Positions 1 to 9,740 of a DNA stretch of 34,393 bases are shown here, piece after piece; position 1 is the stretch's first letter, and each line of letters begins with the position of its first letter. This DNA is from Muribaculaceae bacterium. Lineage in GTDB: Bacteria > Bacteroidota > Bacteroidia > Bacteroidales > Muribaculaceae. The stretch spans positions 1 to 34,393 of the forward strand of contig VSPW01000001.1 of the NCBI GenBank assembly GCA_009775535.1, in the 5' to 3' direction. The position numbers and the translations under genes were made by a program. The notes beneath the pieces were generated by a model. It was not told the origin of the DNA. It did not search any database and saw nothing but the letters and a program-made list of their open reading frames with translations.

Positions 1-231
1 TCATTGCGTACAGACCCGTATTTCAATGCATTGCAGATGAAATATGCATATGCTGTGACATGCCACAAGGCGCAGGGCGGCCAATGGTCTAACGTGTTTG
101 TGGATATGGGATATATCCCGGAAGAAGCAATGGGCATGGAGTTTTACCGTTGGCTGTATACGGCAGTGAGCCGTGCGCGCCGCCGGTTGTATTTCATCAA
201 TCCGTCATCATCGTTGGTGGGGGAGGGCTAG
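1..231 (+). CDS. RecD-like / UvrD_C_2 ATP-dependent helicase-exonuclease, C-terminal fragment (5' truncated by window)
   Basis: SF1 helicase motifs YAYAVTCHKAQG (motif V) and LYTAVSRARR (motif VI); ends TAG at 229-231. Confidence 0.85.
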   Translation, partial: SLRTDPYFNALQMKYAYAVTCHKAQGGQWSNVFVDMGYIPEEAMGMEFYRWLYTAVSRARRRLYFINPSSSLVGEG

Positions 232-1589
232 CCCTTGAAAGCAAGCGGACGTCCGGGACACGTGGCCGTTATCCGGCAGCCGTCCCATACTTCCTTTCCG
301 TTGACCCATGTAGATGATATCCGCCAGTTGAGCTTTTCCCCTTCGAGCGGCGACCATCCGCATTTGCTCAGGATCTCTTCCTTGAGTACGGTGGCGTGGT
401 CATCGTTGCAGCGTCCGGCTATGACCAGGTCGGCATAGTATCCGGGGCGTAGGAATCCGCGGCGGTCAATGCCGAATATGCGGGCAGGGGCATGGCACAT
501 TTTTTCCACGACAAGCGGAACATCGAATATGCCGTTTTCGGCCAATTGCAGCATCATGGGGAGTGAGAATTGTATCAGCGGTATGCCGGATGCCGCCGTC
601 AGGGCATCGCCTTGCTTGTCGGCAGGGAGATGCGGCGCGTGGTCGGTGGCGATTATGTCGATAAGGCCTTTACGCACGGCCTCGCGTAGGGCTTCGCGGT
701 CGTTGCTGTCCTTTATGGCCGGATTGCATTTTATCTTTGACCCAAGCCGGGCATAGTCATCGGAGTCCCACCATAGGTACTGCACGCATGTCTCGGCTGT
801 GACTGCCTTTTCATCACCTGGTGTAAGTAGCTTGAGCTCGTCTTCTGTGGAGACGTGCATCACTTGCAGCCGGGATGTGGCCTCACCGGCCAGCGCTATG
901 CATGCCTCAGTCGCCTTTACGCAGGCTTCCCTTGAGCGTATATGCGGATGTCTGCCGATAGGGATGTCTCCCTGGGTGGATTCACGTTCCTTCCGGGCAT
1001 TTTCACGTATTATTGAATCGTCTTCGGCGTGTACGGCCTTTATAATGTCCGGGATTCCGGAGAATATGCGTTTTAGTGCCGACTGGTCGTGCATAGTCAT
1101 ATTGCCGGTGGAAGAGCCGACAAATATCTTTATACCCGGGACTTGCGTGTAGTCCATTGATTCCAGGCATCCGAAGTTGGAGTCGGTAGCGCCTATCCAG
1201 AACGCGTAGTTGGCCACGCTAGCCTGTGCGGCGCGGTCCATTTTCGCTTCCCAGTCTTTATTTGTGACAGTCTGCGGCTTTGTATTGGGCATGTCCATGA
1301 AAGAGGTTACCCCGCCGGCGACGGCGGCACGGCTTTCGGTGGCCATGTCGCCTTTTTCAGTCAGTCCGGGATCACGGAAATGGACGTGGTCGTCGATTGC
1401 ACCCGGTAGGAGCATCTTTCCGCCAGCATCGATGACACGGGCCGCAGATGCGGTGTATCCGTCGGGCATGTCGCCTCTGTTCACTTCAGATATGAATTCG
1501 CCTTTTATGCATACGTATCCGCGGAATGTGCGGTCTTCGTTTACTATCAGTGCGTTGTGTATTATTGTGTCGTGTGCGTTCTTTCCCAT
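228..1589 (-). CDS. pyrC: Dihydroorotase (amidohydrolase superfamily)
   Basis: DDHVHFRDPG metal-binding HxH, AAVAGGVTSFMDMPNT, KCNPAIK, IATDHAPH motifs; 453 aa. Confidence 0.92.
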   Translation of the reverse strand: MGKNAHDTIIHNALIVNEDRTFRGYVCIKGEFISEVNRGDMPDGYTASAARVIDAGGKMLLPGAIDDHVHFRDPGLTEKGDMATESRAAVAGGVTSFMDMPNTKPQTVTNKDWEAKMDRAAQASVANYAFWIGATDSNFGCLESMDYTQVPGIKIFVGSSTGNMTMHDQSALKRIFSGIPDIIKAVHAEDDSIIRENARKERESTQGDIPIGRHPHIRSREACVKATEACIALAGEATSRLQVMHVSTEDELKLLTPGDEKAVTAETCVQYLWWDSDDYARLGSKIKCNPAIKDSNDREALREAVRKGLIDIIATDHAPHLPADKQGDALTAASGIPLIQFSLPMMLQLAENGIFDVPLVVEKMCHAPARIFGIDRRGFLRPGYYADLVIAGRCNDDHATVLKEEILSKCGWSPLEGEKLNWRISSTWVNGKEVWDGCRITATCPGRPLAFKG

Positions 1590-1593
1590 GGCC

Positions 1594-2358
1594 TTATTTT
1601 TGTCCGTAGTCCGGATATTTTTTGAACATGCTGTCCCATTTAAGCCTTATGACCCCGAATACGGCTTCTCCGAATATCCCGGTGTTCATTTTGCTTGTCC
1701 CCAATATGCGGTTGACGAATATTATCGGCACTTCGGTGATCTTGAACCCATATTTATATGCCGAGAACTTCATTTCTATCTGGAATGCATAGCCTTTGAA
1801 CCGGATTGAGTCAAGGGGAAGCGCCTGCAGCACTCGTCTGCGGTAGCATACGAATCCGGCTGTCGTATCGCGTACGGGCATGCCTGTGACTATCCTTACG
1901 TATGCCGATGCGTAGTATGACATCAACACTCTCCCCATAGGCCAGTTGACCACGTTCACACCGGTTACATACCTTGAGCCGATTGACATGTCGGAGTGTC
2001 CGGAGGCGCAGGCGTCCCTGAGCTTTATGAGGTCGGTGGGGTTGTGGGAGAAATCGGCGTCCATCTCACAGATGTATTCATATCCGTTGTCGAGTGCCCA
2101 TTTGAACCCTGTGATGTATGCAGTGCCGAGTCCCAGCTTTCCCTTGCGCTCGATCATGTGTATGCGCGAAGGGTATTTTTCCTGTTGCCCTTTCACGATG
2201 GAGGCAGTGCCGTCGGGCGAGTTGTCATCAATAACCAGGATGTCGAATGCGGTTGGGAGCGCCATGACGGCGTCTATTATTGCCGCCGCGTTCTCCTTTT
2301 CGTTGTACATCGGTATAATTACCACGCTGTCTGCATGCTGCTTTTCGTTATTGGCCAT
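1594..2358 (-). CDS. Polyprenol monophosphomannose synthase (Dpm1-like GT2)
   Basis: IIPMYNEKEN, VIDDNSPDGT, KLGLGTAY, EMDADFSHNP, DTTAGF, GYAFQIEM motifs. Confidence 0.92.
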   Translation of the reverse strand: MANNEKQHADSVVIIPMYNEKENAAAIIDAVMALPTAFDILVIDDNSPDGTASIVKGQQEKYPSRIHMIERKGKLGLGTAYITGFKWALDNGYEYICEMDADFSHNPTDLIKLRDACASGHSDMSIGSRYVTGVNVVNWPMGRVLMSYYASAYVRIVTGMPVRDTTAGFVCYRRRVLQALPLDSIRFKGYAFQIEMKFSAYKYGFKITEVPIIFVNRILGTSKMNTGIFGEAVFGVIRLKWDSMFKKYPDYGQK

Positions 2359-2377
2359 GGTGAAATGATTTAGGGTA

Positions 2378-2385
2378 CAAAATTA
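2378..2385 (-). promoter_or_regulatory. Bacteroidota primary-sigma -7 element for the GT2-pyrC operon
   Basis: TAATTTTG (TAnnTTTG) on minus strand ~20 nt upstream of ATG; no clear -33 element. Confidence 0.6.
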
Positions 2386-2433
2386 ACAATTTACTGCCTG
2401 TTAATCTGTTAAAAAAGCATAAGTGCGGGCTTG

Positions 2434-3240
2434 TCAGCGGGGGAAATGTTCGTTGAAGAACAGCAGGTGGTACAGGATGGAGTTGCACCAGTAGTCCCAG
2501 TTGTGTGCCCCCGGGCGTGATGTATAGTCGTGGGGTATGCCTTTTTCCAGAAGCGCGCGGTGGAATTCTTCGTTTACTCCGGTGAACACATCGTCTGTAC
2601 CGCAGTCGATGATTATGTTGGTCTGTCCGGGCTTTATCTGCGGCACCAGGTTCATTACAGTATGCTCTTCCCACACTTTGGGATTGGCATTCTTTTCCCC
2701 CAATAGCTGTTTCATGTTCCAGTTGTCCGGGAACGGCCTGATGTCCAGGCCTCCGCTGATCGAGCCGGCGTTGCCCCATATGTCTGGATGCCTTATGGCA
2801 AGCCACAGTGCCCCATGTCCGCCCATGCTCAGCCCGGTCACGGCCCTCATCTGTGGGCGAGGGTCGGTAGGGTAGTTGCTGTCTATGTATGGTACGAGAT
2901 CGTTGATGAAGAAACTTTCCATCTTCATCTTCTTCGAGTCCCAGTACCAGCTGTTTCGCCCGTCGGGGAAGATGAATATCATTTTGTAATGGTCGGCCAG
3001 TTCAGCGAACCGTTTCTGGTTTGACATCCAGCTTGTGTGGTTGCCGCCATGCCCGTTGAGTATGTATACCGACGGGAATTTTTCGCCATAGAATTCCTGT
3101 TTTGGGGAGACTACCATCACCTTCATAGGGGTTACCAGATGCGGTGACGCTATCTGTATGGTGTCGGTTTCGGCGGCGCTGCATCCTATTATGCCGATTG
3201 CCGCTGATATTATCATCAGTATGTTCCGAAGCATTGTCAT
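2434..3240 (-). CDS. Secreted alpha/beta-hydrolase, putative esterase family (FrmB/XynC-like)
   Basis: GLSMGG nucleophile elbow, DCGTDD, PGAHNWDYW catalytic His; hydrophobic N-terminal signal (possible lipobox IIGC). Confidence 0.85.
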   Translation of the reverse strand: MTMLRNILMIISAAIGIIGCSAAETDTIQIASPHLVTPMKVMVVSPKQEFYGEKFPSVYILNGHGGNHTSWMSNQKRFAELADHYKMIFIFPDGRNSWYWDSKKMKMESFFINDLVPYIDSNYPTDPRPQMRAVTGLSMGGHGALWLAIRHPDIWGNAGSISGGLDIRPFPDNWNMKQLLGEKNANPKVWEEHTVMNLVPQIKPGQTNIIIDCGTDDVFTGVNEEFHRALLEKGIPHDYTSRPGAHNWDYWCNSILYHLLFFNEHFPR

Positions 3241-3264
3241 GGGATGTTAATTTTAAGTTTTAGG

Positions 3265-3296
3265 CAAAGTTATTTAATGTACCGTTGAATTCCAAA
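3265..3296 (-). promoter_or_regulatory. Primary-sigma promoter of esterase
   Basis: Minus strand TTTG (3296-3293), 20 nt spacer, TAACTTTG (3272-3265). Confidence 0.75.
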
Positions 3297-3353
3297 CAAA
3301 ACGTGCCCCTTGCTTATATTGTTTTATGTATGCCAGGGAATTTTGGCATGAAA

Positions 3354-3385
3354 TTTGTTAAAAGGATAAAGAATGGCTATTTTTG
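3354..3385 (+). promoter_or_regulatory. Primary-sigma promoter of hflX
   Basis: TTTG (3354-3357), 20 nt spacer, TATTTTTG (3378-3385). Confidence 0.75.
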
Positions 3386-3422
3386 CCGATAAAATACAGA
3401 CAAAACCTATATGCCCGAATAA

Positions 3423-4652
3423 ATGAAAGAGATGATATTATCCCAGGAGGCCAATGAGCGGGCTGTGCTTGTAGGCCTGGTTACCCCACAGCAGAATGAG
3501 GCTCGTTCAAGGGAATACCTCGATGAGCTTGCATTCCTTGCCGATACGGCCGGGGCTGAGACGGTGGCCACGTTCACCCAGCGTGTCGACTATCCTAACC
3601 CCAGGACATTTGTTGGCAAAGGCAAGCTCGAGGAGATAAGGGCATATGTGGAGGATAACAATGTGGGCATGGCCATATTTGACGATGACCTTACCACCAA
3701 GCAGGTGTCCAACCTTGAGCGTGAGCTACAGGTGAAGATACTTGACCGCACAAGCCTTATCCTTGACATATTCGCAAAGCGCGCGCAGACCGCAAATGCC
3801 AAGACGCAGGTGGAGCTTGCCCAGTACCAGTACCTGCTGCCGCGGCTCACGCGCATGTGGACCCACCTGGAGCGCCAGCGTGGCGGCATCGGCATGCGTG
3901 GCCCTGGCGAGACGCAGATTGAGACCGACCGCCGTATAATCCTTGACAAGATATCACGCCTGAAGGAGGAGCTGCGCAGCATCGACCGCCAGAAGTCGAT
4001 ACAGCGCAAGAACCGTGGCAAGCTTACGCGCGTGGCCTTGGTGGGATATACGAACGTTGGCAAGTCGACGCTGATGAACCTGTTGAGCAAGAGCGATGTG
4101 TTTGCGGAGAACAAGCTGTTTGCCACGCTCGACACCACTGTGCGCAAGGTGATAATAGACAATCTGCCGTTCCTGCTTACCGACACGGTTGGTTTCATAC
4201 GCAAATTGCCTACACATCTGGTGGAATCGTTCAAGTCGACGCTGGACGAGGTGAGGGATGCCGACATCCTGGTGCATGTGGTGGATATCTCACATCCGAA
4301 TTTTGAGGAGCAGATAGAGGTGGTAGACAAGACCTTGCGCGACATATGCGGTGGCCAGGACAAACCGGTGATACTGGTGTTCAACAAGGTGGACGCGTTT
4401 ACCTATACGCCTAAGGACGCTGATGACCTGACTCCACGTACGAGGGATAACATATCGCTCGATGAACTGAAACAGACGTGGATGTCGCGTCTGGGCGACG
4501 ACTGTGTGTTCATATCGGCGCGCAAGGGCATAAATATTGATGAGCTGAAGCAGAGGATATATGCAAGGGCCAAAGAAGTGCACCTTAGCCGCTTCCCGTA
4601 CAATGATTTCCTGTTCCAAAAATATGACGGCCTGGAGGAGGAGATAAAGTGA
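3423..4652 (+). CDS. hflX: GTPase HflX
   Basis: G1 GYTNVGKS, LFATLDTT, G3 DTVGF, G4 NKVD, GGIGMRGPGETQIETDRR. Confidence 0.97.
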   Translation: MKEMILSQEANERAVLVGLVTPQQNEARSREYLDELAFLADTAGAETVATFTQRVDYPNPRTFVGKGKLEEIRAYVEDNNVGMAIFDDDLTTKQVSNLERELQVKILDRTSLILDIFAKRAQTANAKTQVELAQYQYLLPRLTRMWTHLERQRGGIGMRGPGETQIETDRRIILDKISRLKEELRSIDRQKSIQRKNRGKLTRVALVGYTNVGKSTLMNLLSKSDVFAENKLFATLDTTVRKVIIDNLPFLLTDTVGFIRKLPTHLVESFKSTLDEVRDADILVHVVDISHPNFEEQIEVVDKTLRDICGGQDKPVILVFNKVDAFTYTPKDADDLTPRTRDNISLDELKQTWMSRLGDDCVFISARKGINIDELKQRIYARAKEVHLSRFPYNDFLFQKYDGLEEEIK

Positions 4653-4681
4653 GGACGCGTACCGTGTCCATAAAAATATTT

Positions 4682-4710
4682 CCGCCCGGATTCCATGCAG
4701 ATCCGGGCGG
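4682..4710. terminator. Probable bidirectional intrinsic terminator between hflX and tRNA-Arg
   Basis: Perfect 10-bp stem CCGCCCGGAT / ATCCGGGCGG with 9-nt loop, flanked by A/T-rich sequence, between convergent genes. Confidence 0.8.
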
Positions 4711-4722
4711 TGTTGTATTGTG

Positions 4723-4794
4723 TACCCCGAAGGAGAATCGAACTCCTATCTAAAGTTTAGGAAACTTCTATTCTATCCGTTGAACTATCGGGGC
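4723..4794 (-). tRNA. tRNA-Arg (anticodon CCT)
   Basis: Reverse complement GCCCCGATAGTTCAACGGATAGAATAGAAGTTTCCTAAACTTTAGATAGGAGTTCGATTCTCCTTCGGGGTA: cloverleaf, anticodon loop TTCCTAA, GTTCGATTC T-arm; CCA not encoded. Confidence 0.95.
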
Positions 4795-4810
4795 TCCTGT
4801 TTTCAGGGGA

Positions 4811-4842
4811 CAAAGTTAATGTTTAAATTCGAGAAAGGCAAA
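4811..4842 (-). promoter_or_regulatory. Primary-sigma promoter of tRNA-Arg (-33 element inside the folA 3' end)
   Basis: Minus strand TTTG (4842-4839), 20 nt spacer, TAACTTTG (4818-4811). Confidence 0.75.
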
Positions 4843-5323
4843 TAAAGCGGAAATTTACGTTGCTTTTTGGGTCGGTTTGCCATTCTCCGGTGCTTTCTAC
4901 CTTCCATTCCGACATGTCGACAGGCGGGAAGAACGTGTCGGCGTCAGGCGGTGCGGGCGCATCGATCTCGGTTATGTACATGCGCGAGGCCATGCCTATG
5001 GTCTGCCGGTAGATGTCGCCTCCGCCTATTACCATAGCCTCGTCCTGGCTGCCTAGGGCGGATAGGGCCTCGTCCAGCGACTGGTATGCCTCGGCCGGAG
5101 GGGTCGGGCGGTAGCTTGGATTGCGGCTTACCACAATGTTGCGGCGTCCGGGCAGCGGCCCGTTGGGGAATGATTCAAATGTACGCCTGCCCATTATGAG
5201 CGGATGCCCCATGGTTACATCCTTGAAGTTGCGCAGGTCGGCGCTTATGTGGTGTATCAGTCCGCCCTTACGCCCGATGGCGCCTCCGCGGGTTGTGGCT
5301 ACTATTAATGTCAGTTCTGGCAT
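4823..5323 (-). CDS. folA: Dihydrofolate reductase
   Basis: LIVA...IG, DLRNFK, IMGRRTFES, LPGRRNIVVS, VIGGGDIY, DTFFP; downstream of thyA. Confidence 0.96.
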   Translation of the reverse strand: MPELTLIVATTRGGAIGRKGGLIHHISADLRNFKDVTMGHPLIMGRRTFESFPNGPLPGRRNIVVSRNPSYRPTPPAEAYQSLDEALSALGSQDEAMVIGGGDIYRQTIGMASRMYITEIDAPAPPDADTFFPPVDMSEWKVESTGEWQTDPKSNVNFRFICLSRI

Positions 5324-5333
5324 CGTTGGTCTG

Positions 5334-6128
5334 CTATTTTGATACTGTCCCCTTTATGTGTGGCATAGGGTCATATCCTGTGAGGGTGAAATCTTCATAT
5401 CTGAATCCGAAAATGTCCTTTACATCAGGGTTGAGGACCATTTCCGGCAGTTGCCTGGGGGCACGTGACAGCTGCTCCCTGACCTGGTCGAAATGGTTGC
5501 TGTATATGTGGGCGTCGCCGATGGTGTGTATGAACTCCCCGGGTTTAAGCCCAGTCACCTGTGCCACCATCATCAGCAGGAGTGCATACGAGGCGATGTT
5601 GAATGGTACGCCAAGGAATGTGTCGGCGCTGCGTTGGTACAGCTGCAGGCTCAGCCTGTCTCCTGTCACGTAGAACTGGAACAGCAGGTGGCAGGGCGGC
5701 AGGGCCATGTCGGCTACTTCGGCTACGTTCCATGCGCTGACTATGAGGCGGCGTGATTCGGGGTTGTTCCTTATCTGTTCCACCACCTGTGATATCTGGT
5801 CTATCGTCCCGCCTTTTCCGTCGGGCCATGAACGCCATTGGTGTCCGTATACAGGGCCGAGGTCGCCGTTGCAGTCGGCCCATTCGTTCCATATCCTTAC
5901 CCCGTTTTCCTGGAGGTAGCGCACATTTGTGTCACCGCGCAGAAACCATAGCAGTTCGTAGATTATCGAGCGTAGGTGGAGCTTTTTTGTGGTCAGCAAC
6001 GGGAATCCGTCATCGAGGTTGAACCTCATCTGATGGCCGAACACGCTCCGCGTCCCTGTGCCGGTACGGTCGCCGCGGTCGGTGCCGTCGTCCATTATAT
6101 GTCTGAGCAAATCGAGGTATTGTTTCAT
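5334..6128 (-). CDS. thyA: Thymidylate synthase
   Basis: [40 protein letters not shown]; 264 aa. Confidence 0.98.
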   Translation of the reverse strand: MKQYLDLLRHIMDDGTDRGDRTGTGTRSVFGHQMRFNLDDGFPLLTTKKLHLRSIIYELLWFLRGDTNVRYLQENGVRIWNEWADCNGDLGPVYGHQWRSWPDGKGGTIDQISQVVEQIRNNPESRRLIVSAWNVAEVADMALPPCHLLFQFYVTGDRLSLQLYQRSADTFLGVPFNIASYALLLMMVAQVTGLKPGEFIHTIGDAHIYSNHFDQVREQLSRAPRQLPEMVLNPDVKDIFGFRYEDFTLTGYDPMPHIKGTVSK

Positions 6129-7009
6129 TTTTTACTGTTTTTTTCCATTTTGAGCATAGTAGGCTGGGCTATTTTCGGCGTACGCCTTTTGTTAGGCTGC
6201 ATCAGTGGCGTGGACAGGCGGTGGCGTCGGGATGTGTAGGATATGGCGTTGTCGCGGCATGCCTCTACACAATTGAAGCATACGACACACCTCGACATGT
6301 CGGCTGTATGGTCATCAAGGTTGATGCATTCGGCCTTGCAGGCGTCCACGCATCGGCGGCATTGCGTGCAGAGGTCGGTGTTTATGTCTATGTGCATCAC
6401 GGACTGCCGGCTTACAGCCCCGAGGGCAGCCCCTACCGGGCACACTGTGTTGCAGTACCGCCGTCCTCCGCGCCAGCTCATGGCGGCCAGGAGCGCCAGA
6501 GTGGCCAGGGCTATGCACAGCCCTAGTGATGACGCCGCCACGATGCGGGCCATGGGGTGGCCTATCGTCTCCTTTATCCATATTACGGCCGGGGCTATGA
6601 CCTGCTCGGATATGTTTATGTATGCGCTGTCAGGCCCTAGGATTGCCGCCACTGCGGTAAGTCCTGCCGCCATGCAGGCGATGAATCCTATGAGTATGCC
6701 GTACCTGAGCCGGTTCATCGGAGGCCGGAAACGGTAGGGCTTTCCCCTGCGGCGCGACATGCGGGCCAGTATGTCCTGCAATGTGCCTACCGGACATACT
6801 GATGAGCAGTAGATGCGGCCGAATATCAGTGTCACTATGAACCATAGCGCCAGCCATCCTATCGATGCGCCGCAGAGCAGATACATGAACTGTATCTCCT
6901 CAATCCACATTCCGGCCCAGTCCGGCAAGAGCCCGACCAGGGTGTCGGTGAGCAGTATCAGGCATATCAGTGATACTGCCACCCGGATTGTCTTTATGCA
7001 TCGGTACAT
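6125..7009 (-). CDS. Membrane-bound 4Fe-4S binding protein (NapH/MauN-like)
   Basis: Several TM segments, two GRxYCxxxCPxG motifs, C-terminal CxxCxxCxxxC twice. Confidence 0.85.
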   Translation of the reverse strand: MYRCIKTIRVAVSLICLILLTDTLVGLLPDWAGMWIEEIQFMYLLCGASIGWLALWFIVTLIFGRIYCSSVCPVGTLQDILARMSRRRGKPYRFRPPMNRLRYGILIGFIACMAAGLTAVAAILGPDSAYINISEQVIAPAVIWIKETIGHPMARIVAASSLGLCIALATLALLAAMSWRGGRRYCNTVCPVGAALGAVSRQSVMHIDINTDLCTQCRRCVDACKAECINLDDHTADMSRCVVCFNCVEACRDNAISYTSRRHRLSTPLMQPNKRRTPKIAQPTMLKMEKNSKK

Positions 7010-7036
7010 TACGCTGGCGTTTCATTGAGTTTGACG

Positions 7037-7044
7037 CAAATTTA
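7037..7044 (-). promoter_or_regulatory. -7 element for the 4Fe-4S/thyA/folA operon
   Basis: TAAATTTG on minus strand 27 nt upstream of ATG. Confidence 0.55.
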
Positions 7045-7140
7045 GTGAATATATTTGTCTTCAAGCTCCATTCTGACGCATTTTTGGCGCATTTTGCTAT
7101 TTTTAGTATATAAGGTGTCTGTAATTACCGAATTTTCTAT

Positions 7141-7148
7141 TAACTTTG
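7141..7148 (+). promoter_or_regulatory. -7 element for psd-pssA
   Basis: TAACTTTG; implies the ORF-track TTG start at 7146 is not real. Confidence 0.6.
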
Positions 7149-7214
7149 CATGATAATGCAGGAGTAGCACACATCTGCAGGGAAATTAAGAACACCAATT
7201 GTGAACAATCCCCC

Positions 7215-7886
7215 ATGAGAGTCAAGATACATCACGAAGGAACTAACATATTGATAATGCTTTTGCTGGCATTGTTGATTATCAACGTCCCCCTGTGGAT
7301 ATGGACGCCGATGCCTGTGGCTATAGCCTTCACATCGGTATGCGGCGTGTTCTATCTTTTGGTGGTTAACTTTTTCCGGTCTCCGCGCCGTATGTTCCCT
7401 GGCGACCAGACCGATGCGGTGATCGCCGGTGCTGACGGCACGGTGGTGGCCCTTGAGGAGACATTTGAGGATGAATACCTCCATGCGCCCGCCATACAGC
7501 TTTCGATATTCATGAGCGTGTTCAACGTGCATGCCAACTGGTTTCCTGTCAATGGCGAGGTGGTCTACTCCAAGCACCATTCAGGCCGTTTCATGGCGGC
7601 CTACCTGCCCAAGTCAAGTACGGAGAACGAGCGTTCGACGGTGGTCATCCGCACTCCCTCCGGACAGCTTGTGCTTGTGAGGCAGATTGCCGGTGCGGTG
7701 GCGCGCCGTATAGTGACATATGCGCAGCCTGGCGACGAGGCCTCGGTGGAGGACCACATGGGGTTCATCAAGTTCGGATCGCGTGTGGATATTTATCTTC
7801 CCCTCGGCACTACCATTGATGCCCGCCTGGGCGACAAGACCATAGGCGGCATTACGCAGATAGGCCGGCTCAATCCTCAAAAATAA
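7215..7886 (+). CDS. psd: Phosphatidylserine decarboxylase proenzyme
   Basis: FFRSP, SIFMSVFNVHANWFP, ENER, QIAGAVARRI, GFIKFGSRVD (GS autocleavage site); ATG 7215 chosen as start. Confidence 0.95.
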   Translation: MRVKIHHEGTNILIMLLLALLIINVPLWIWTPMPVAIAFTSVCGVFYLLVVNFFRSPRRMFPGDQTDAVIAGADGTVVALEETFEDEYLHAPAIQLSIFMSVFNVHANWFPVNGEVVYSKHHSGRFMAAYLPKSSTENERSTVVIRTPSGQLVLVRQIAGAVARRIVTYAQPGDEASVEDHMGFIKFGSRVDIYLPLGTTIDARLGDKTIGGITQIGRLNPQK

Positions 7887-7898
7887 CGACAACAGCCA

Positions 7899-8609
7899 AT
7901 GAGCAATCCAGCTACACGCTATATCCCCAACACCATCACCCTGCTCAACCTGCTTTCGGGGTGCTTGGCATGTATATTCGCGTTCAGGCACAATGAAATG
8001 GTAGGCGGCCTGTATGGCCATGAATGGGTGTACCTGTTCATAGGTGCGGCCGCAGTGTTCGATTTCTGCGACGGTGCGGCGGCCAGGCTGCTGCATCAGC
8101 CTTCTCCGATAGGGAAGGAGCTTGATTCGTTGAGCGACCTTGTCAGTTTCGGACTTGCCCCGGCCATGCTCATGTTCAACCTTATGCAGGCCCAGCAGGG
8201 GCAGCTTGTGTGGGTGCCCTACATCGCGCTGATGATACCGGCTATGGGGGCGTTGCGCCTGGCGATATTCAATGTCGATGACAGCCAAGCCACTACATTC
8301 CGCGGGCTGCCGATACCGGCCAATGCAATATTCTGGATAGGCTTTTGCGGATGGATGCAGTCATACCGCGTGTACCCGGGCGACTGGGTAGTGGTGCTGC
8401 TTATCATATTGGTATCGCTGTCGATGGTGTCGCGCATGGAGATGTTCTCCCTTAAGTTCAAGAATTTCGGACTGCGTGACAACTTCCGCCGTTATATAAT
8501 ACTCCTTGCGGCCATATCTTTCGTTGCCATATATGGCATAGCCGGGCTCGCATGGGTGATTGTGCTCTATTTTGTCCTGTCGGCGCTCACACGCCGCCAT
8601 CAGGCTTAG
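7899..8609 (+). CDS. pssA: CDP-diacylglycerol--serine O-phosphatidyltransferase
   Basis: IPNTITLLN, CDP-alcohol motif DFCDGAAAR...GKELDSLSDLVSFGLAP, FRGLPIP; adjacent to psd. Confidence 0.93.
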   Translation: MSNPATRYIPNTITLLNLLSGCLACIFAFRHNEMVGGLYGHEWVYLFIGAAAVFDFCDGAAARLLHQPSPIGKELDSLSDLVSFGLAPAMLMFNLMQAQQGQLVWVPYIALMIPAMGALRLAIFNVDDSQATTFRGLPIPANAIFWIGFCGWMQSYRVYPGDWVVVLLIILVSLSMVSRMEMFSLKFKNFGLRDNFRRYIILLAAISFVAIYGIAGLAWVIVLYFVLSALTRRHQA

Positions 8610-8657
8610 CAGGAGCGCCGTCATATCCCCTTTATTTTATATTTTTACTGTATTACC

Positions 8658-8993
8658 GTGCTAACATTACTGTTCATATTATTTATAGTGTTCATTGTCT
8701 GGCCGCTTGTGAAGGTTGTGCTTCGCGTCAACCAGTTTAAGCGCCAGGCGCGGGACATGTTCCGGCAGGCCTCGTCCCAGGCCTCCGGGCGGCAGCAGGC
8801 GCAACGCAAGGGCGGATGGACAAAAGCCACGCCACGCAAGAAAAAGATAGGCGGTGATGTGGGCGAATATGTGGCCTTTGAGGAAGTCGCATCCACATCC
8901 GCGCAATATACACAGAGCCGCACAGACGGCCAGGCCGATAGCTTCCGCCCGGACAGCCAGGTGTCGGAGGCCGAGTGGGAGGACATCAAATAG
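8658..8993 (+). CDS. Small single-pass membrane protein (DUF4834-like)
   Basis: N-terminal TM, KKKI...GEYVAFEE and EAEWEDIK C-terminus typical of the Bacteroidales protein found after pssA. Confidence 0.7.
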   Translation: MLTLLFILFIVFIVWPLVKVVLRVNQFKRQARDMFRQASSQASGRQQAQRKGGWTKATPRKKKIGGDVGEYVAFEEVASTSAQYTQSRTDGQADSFRPDSQVSEAEWEDIK

Positions 8994-9002
8994 CGTGCAG
9001 GC

Positions 9003-9701
9003 ATGAGTGGCGGACTATCCATATGCGGCGGCGACATGTCAGAGGCATTCCGGTTTCTGGACAGCCTTTCCGCCAACAACAACCGTCAATGGTTTCAGCA
9101 GCACAAGGATGATTATGAAGCCGTCATGCGCCATTGGCTCGTGCAGCTACAGCGTCTTATAGATGCGATGTCGGAGTGGGAGACAAGGCTTTCGGGGCTC
9201 ACTGCAAAGCAGTGCGCCTACAGGATATACCGTGACACCCGTTTTTCCCCGGACAAGACCCCATACAAGGTGTATCTGTCGGCATCGTTCAGTCCGCGCG
9301 GACGTATGGCGCATGCCCCCGGATACTATCTTCAGCTTGATTCCCGCCCTGGCGAATTGGGCCTTTACGGAGGTGTGTGGTGTCCGGAGTCTGCTGTGCT
9401 GGCAAAACTGAGGCGTGCGGTCGTCGACAATATCGAGGAGTGGGAGGAGCTGCTTTCCGAGCCGCAACTGGCCGCGGGATATCCCGGATGGTGCGGCGCA
9501 ACGCTTAAGACCGTCCCCAAGGGCTGGCCGCGAAACCATCCCCAGGCTGAATATCTCCGTTTGAAGGATTTCGGCAAATTCATGCCTCTGCAGCGTGAAA
9601 CCTTTGCCGATCCCGATTGGCCGCTACATGTGGCGGGGATGTTTCGTCCGCTGAAGCCGCTGGTCGATTTCCTGCAGTATTCTATTGATGAAGATGTCTG
9701 A
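9003..9701 (+). CDS. DUF2461 / TIGR02453 family protein
   Basis: NNNRQWFQQHK, YRIYRDTRFSPDKTPYK, LKTVPKG motifs; alternative start 9036. Confidence 0.9.
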   Translation: MSGGLSICGGDMSEAFRFLDSLSANNNRQWFQQHKDDYEAVMRHWLVQLQRLIDAMSEWETRLSGLTAKQCAYRIYRDTRFSPDKTPYKVYLSASFSPRGRMAHAPGYYLQLDSRPGELGLYGGVWCPESAVLAKLRRAVVDNIEEWEELLSEPQLAAGYPGWCGATLKTVPKGWPRNHPQAEYLRLKDFGKFMPLQRETFADPDWPLHVAGMFRPLKPLVDFLQYSIDEDV

Positions 9702-9740
9702 TACTTCAGGCTATTTTCCTATCTATTGTTATCGAATATT

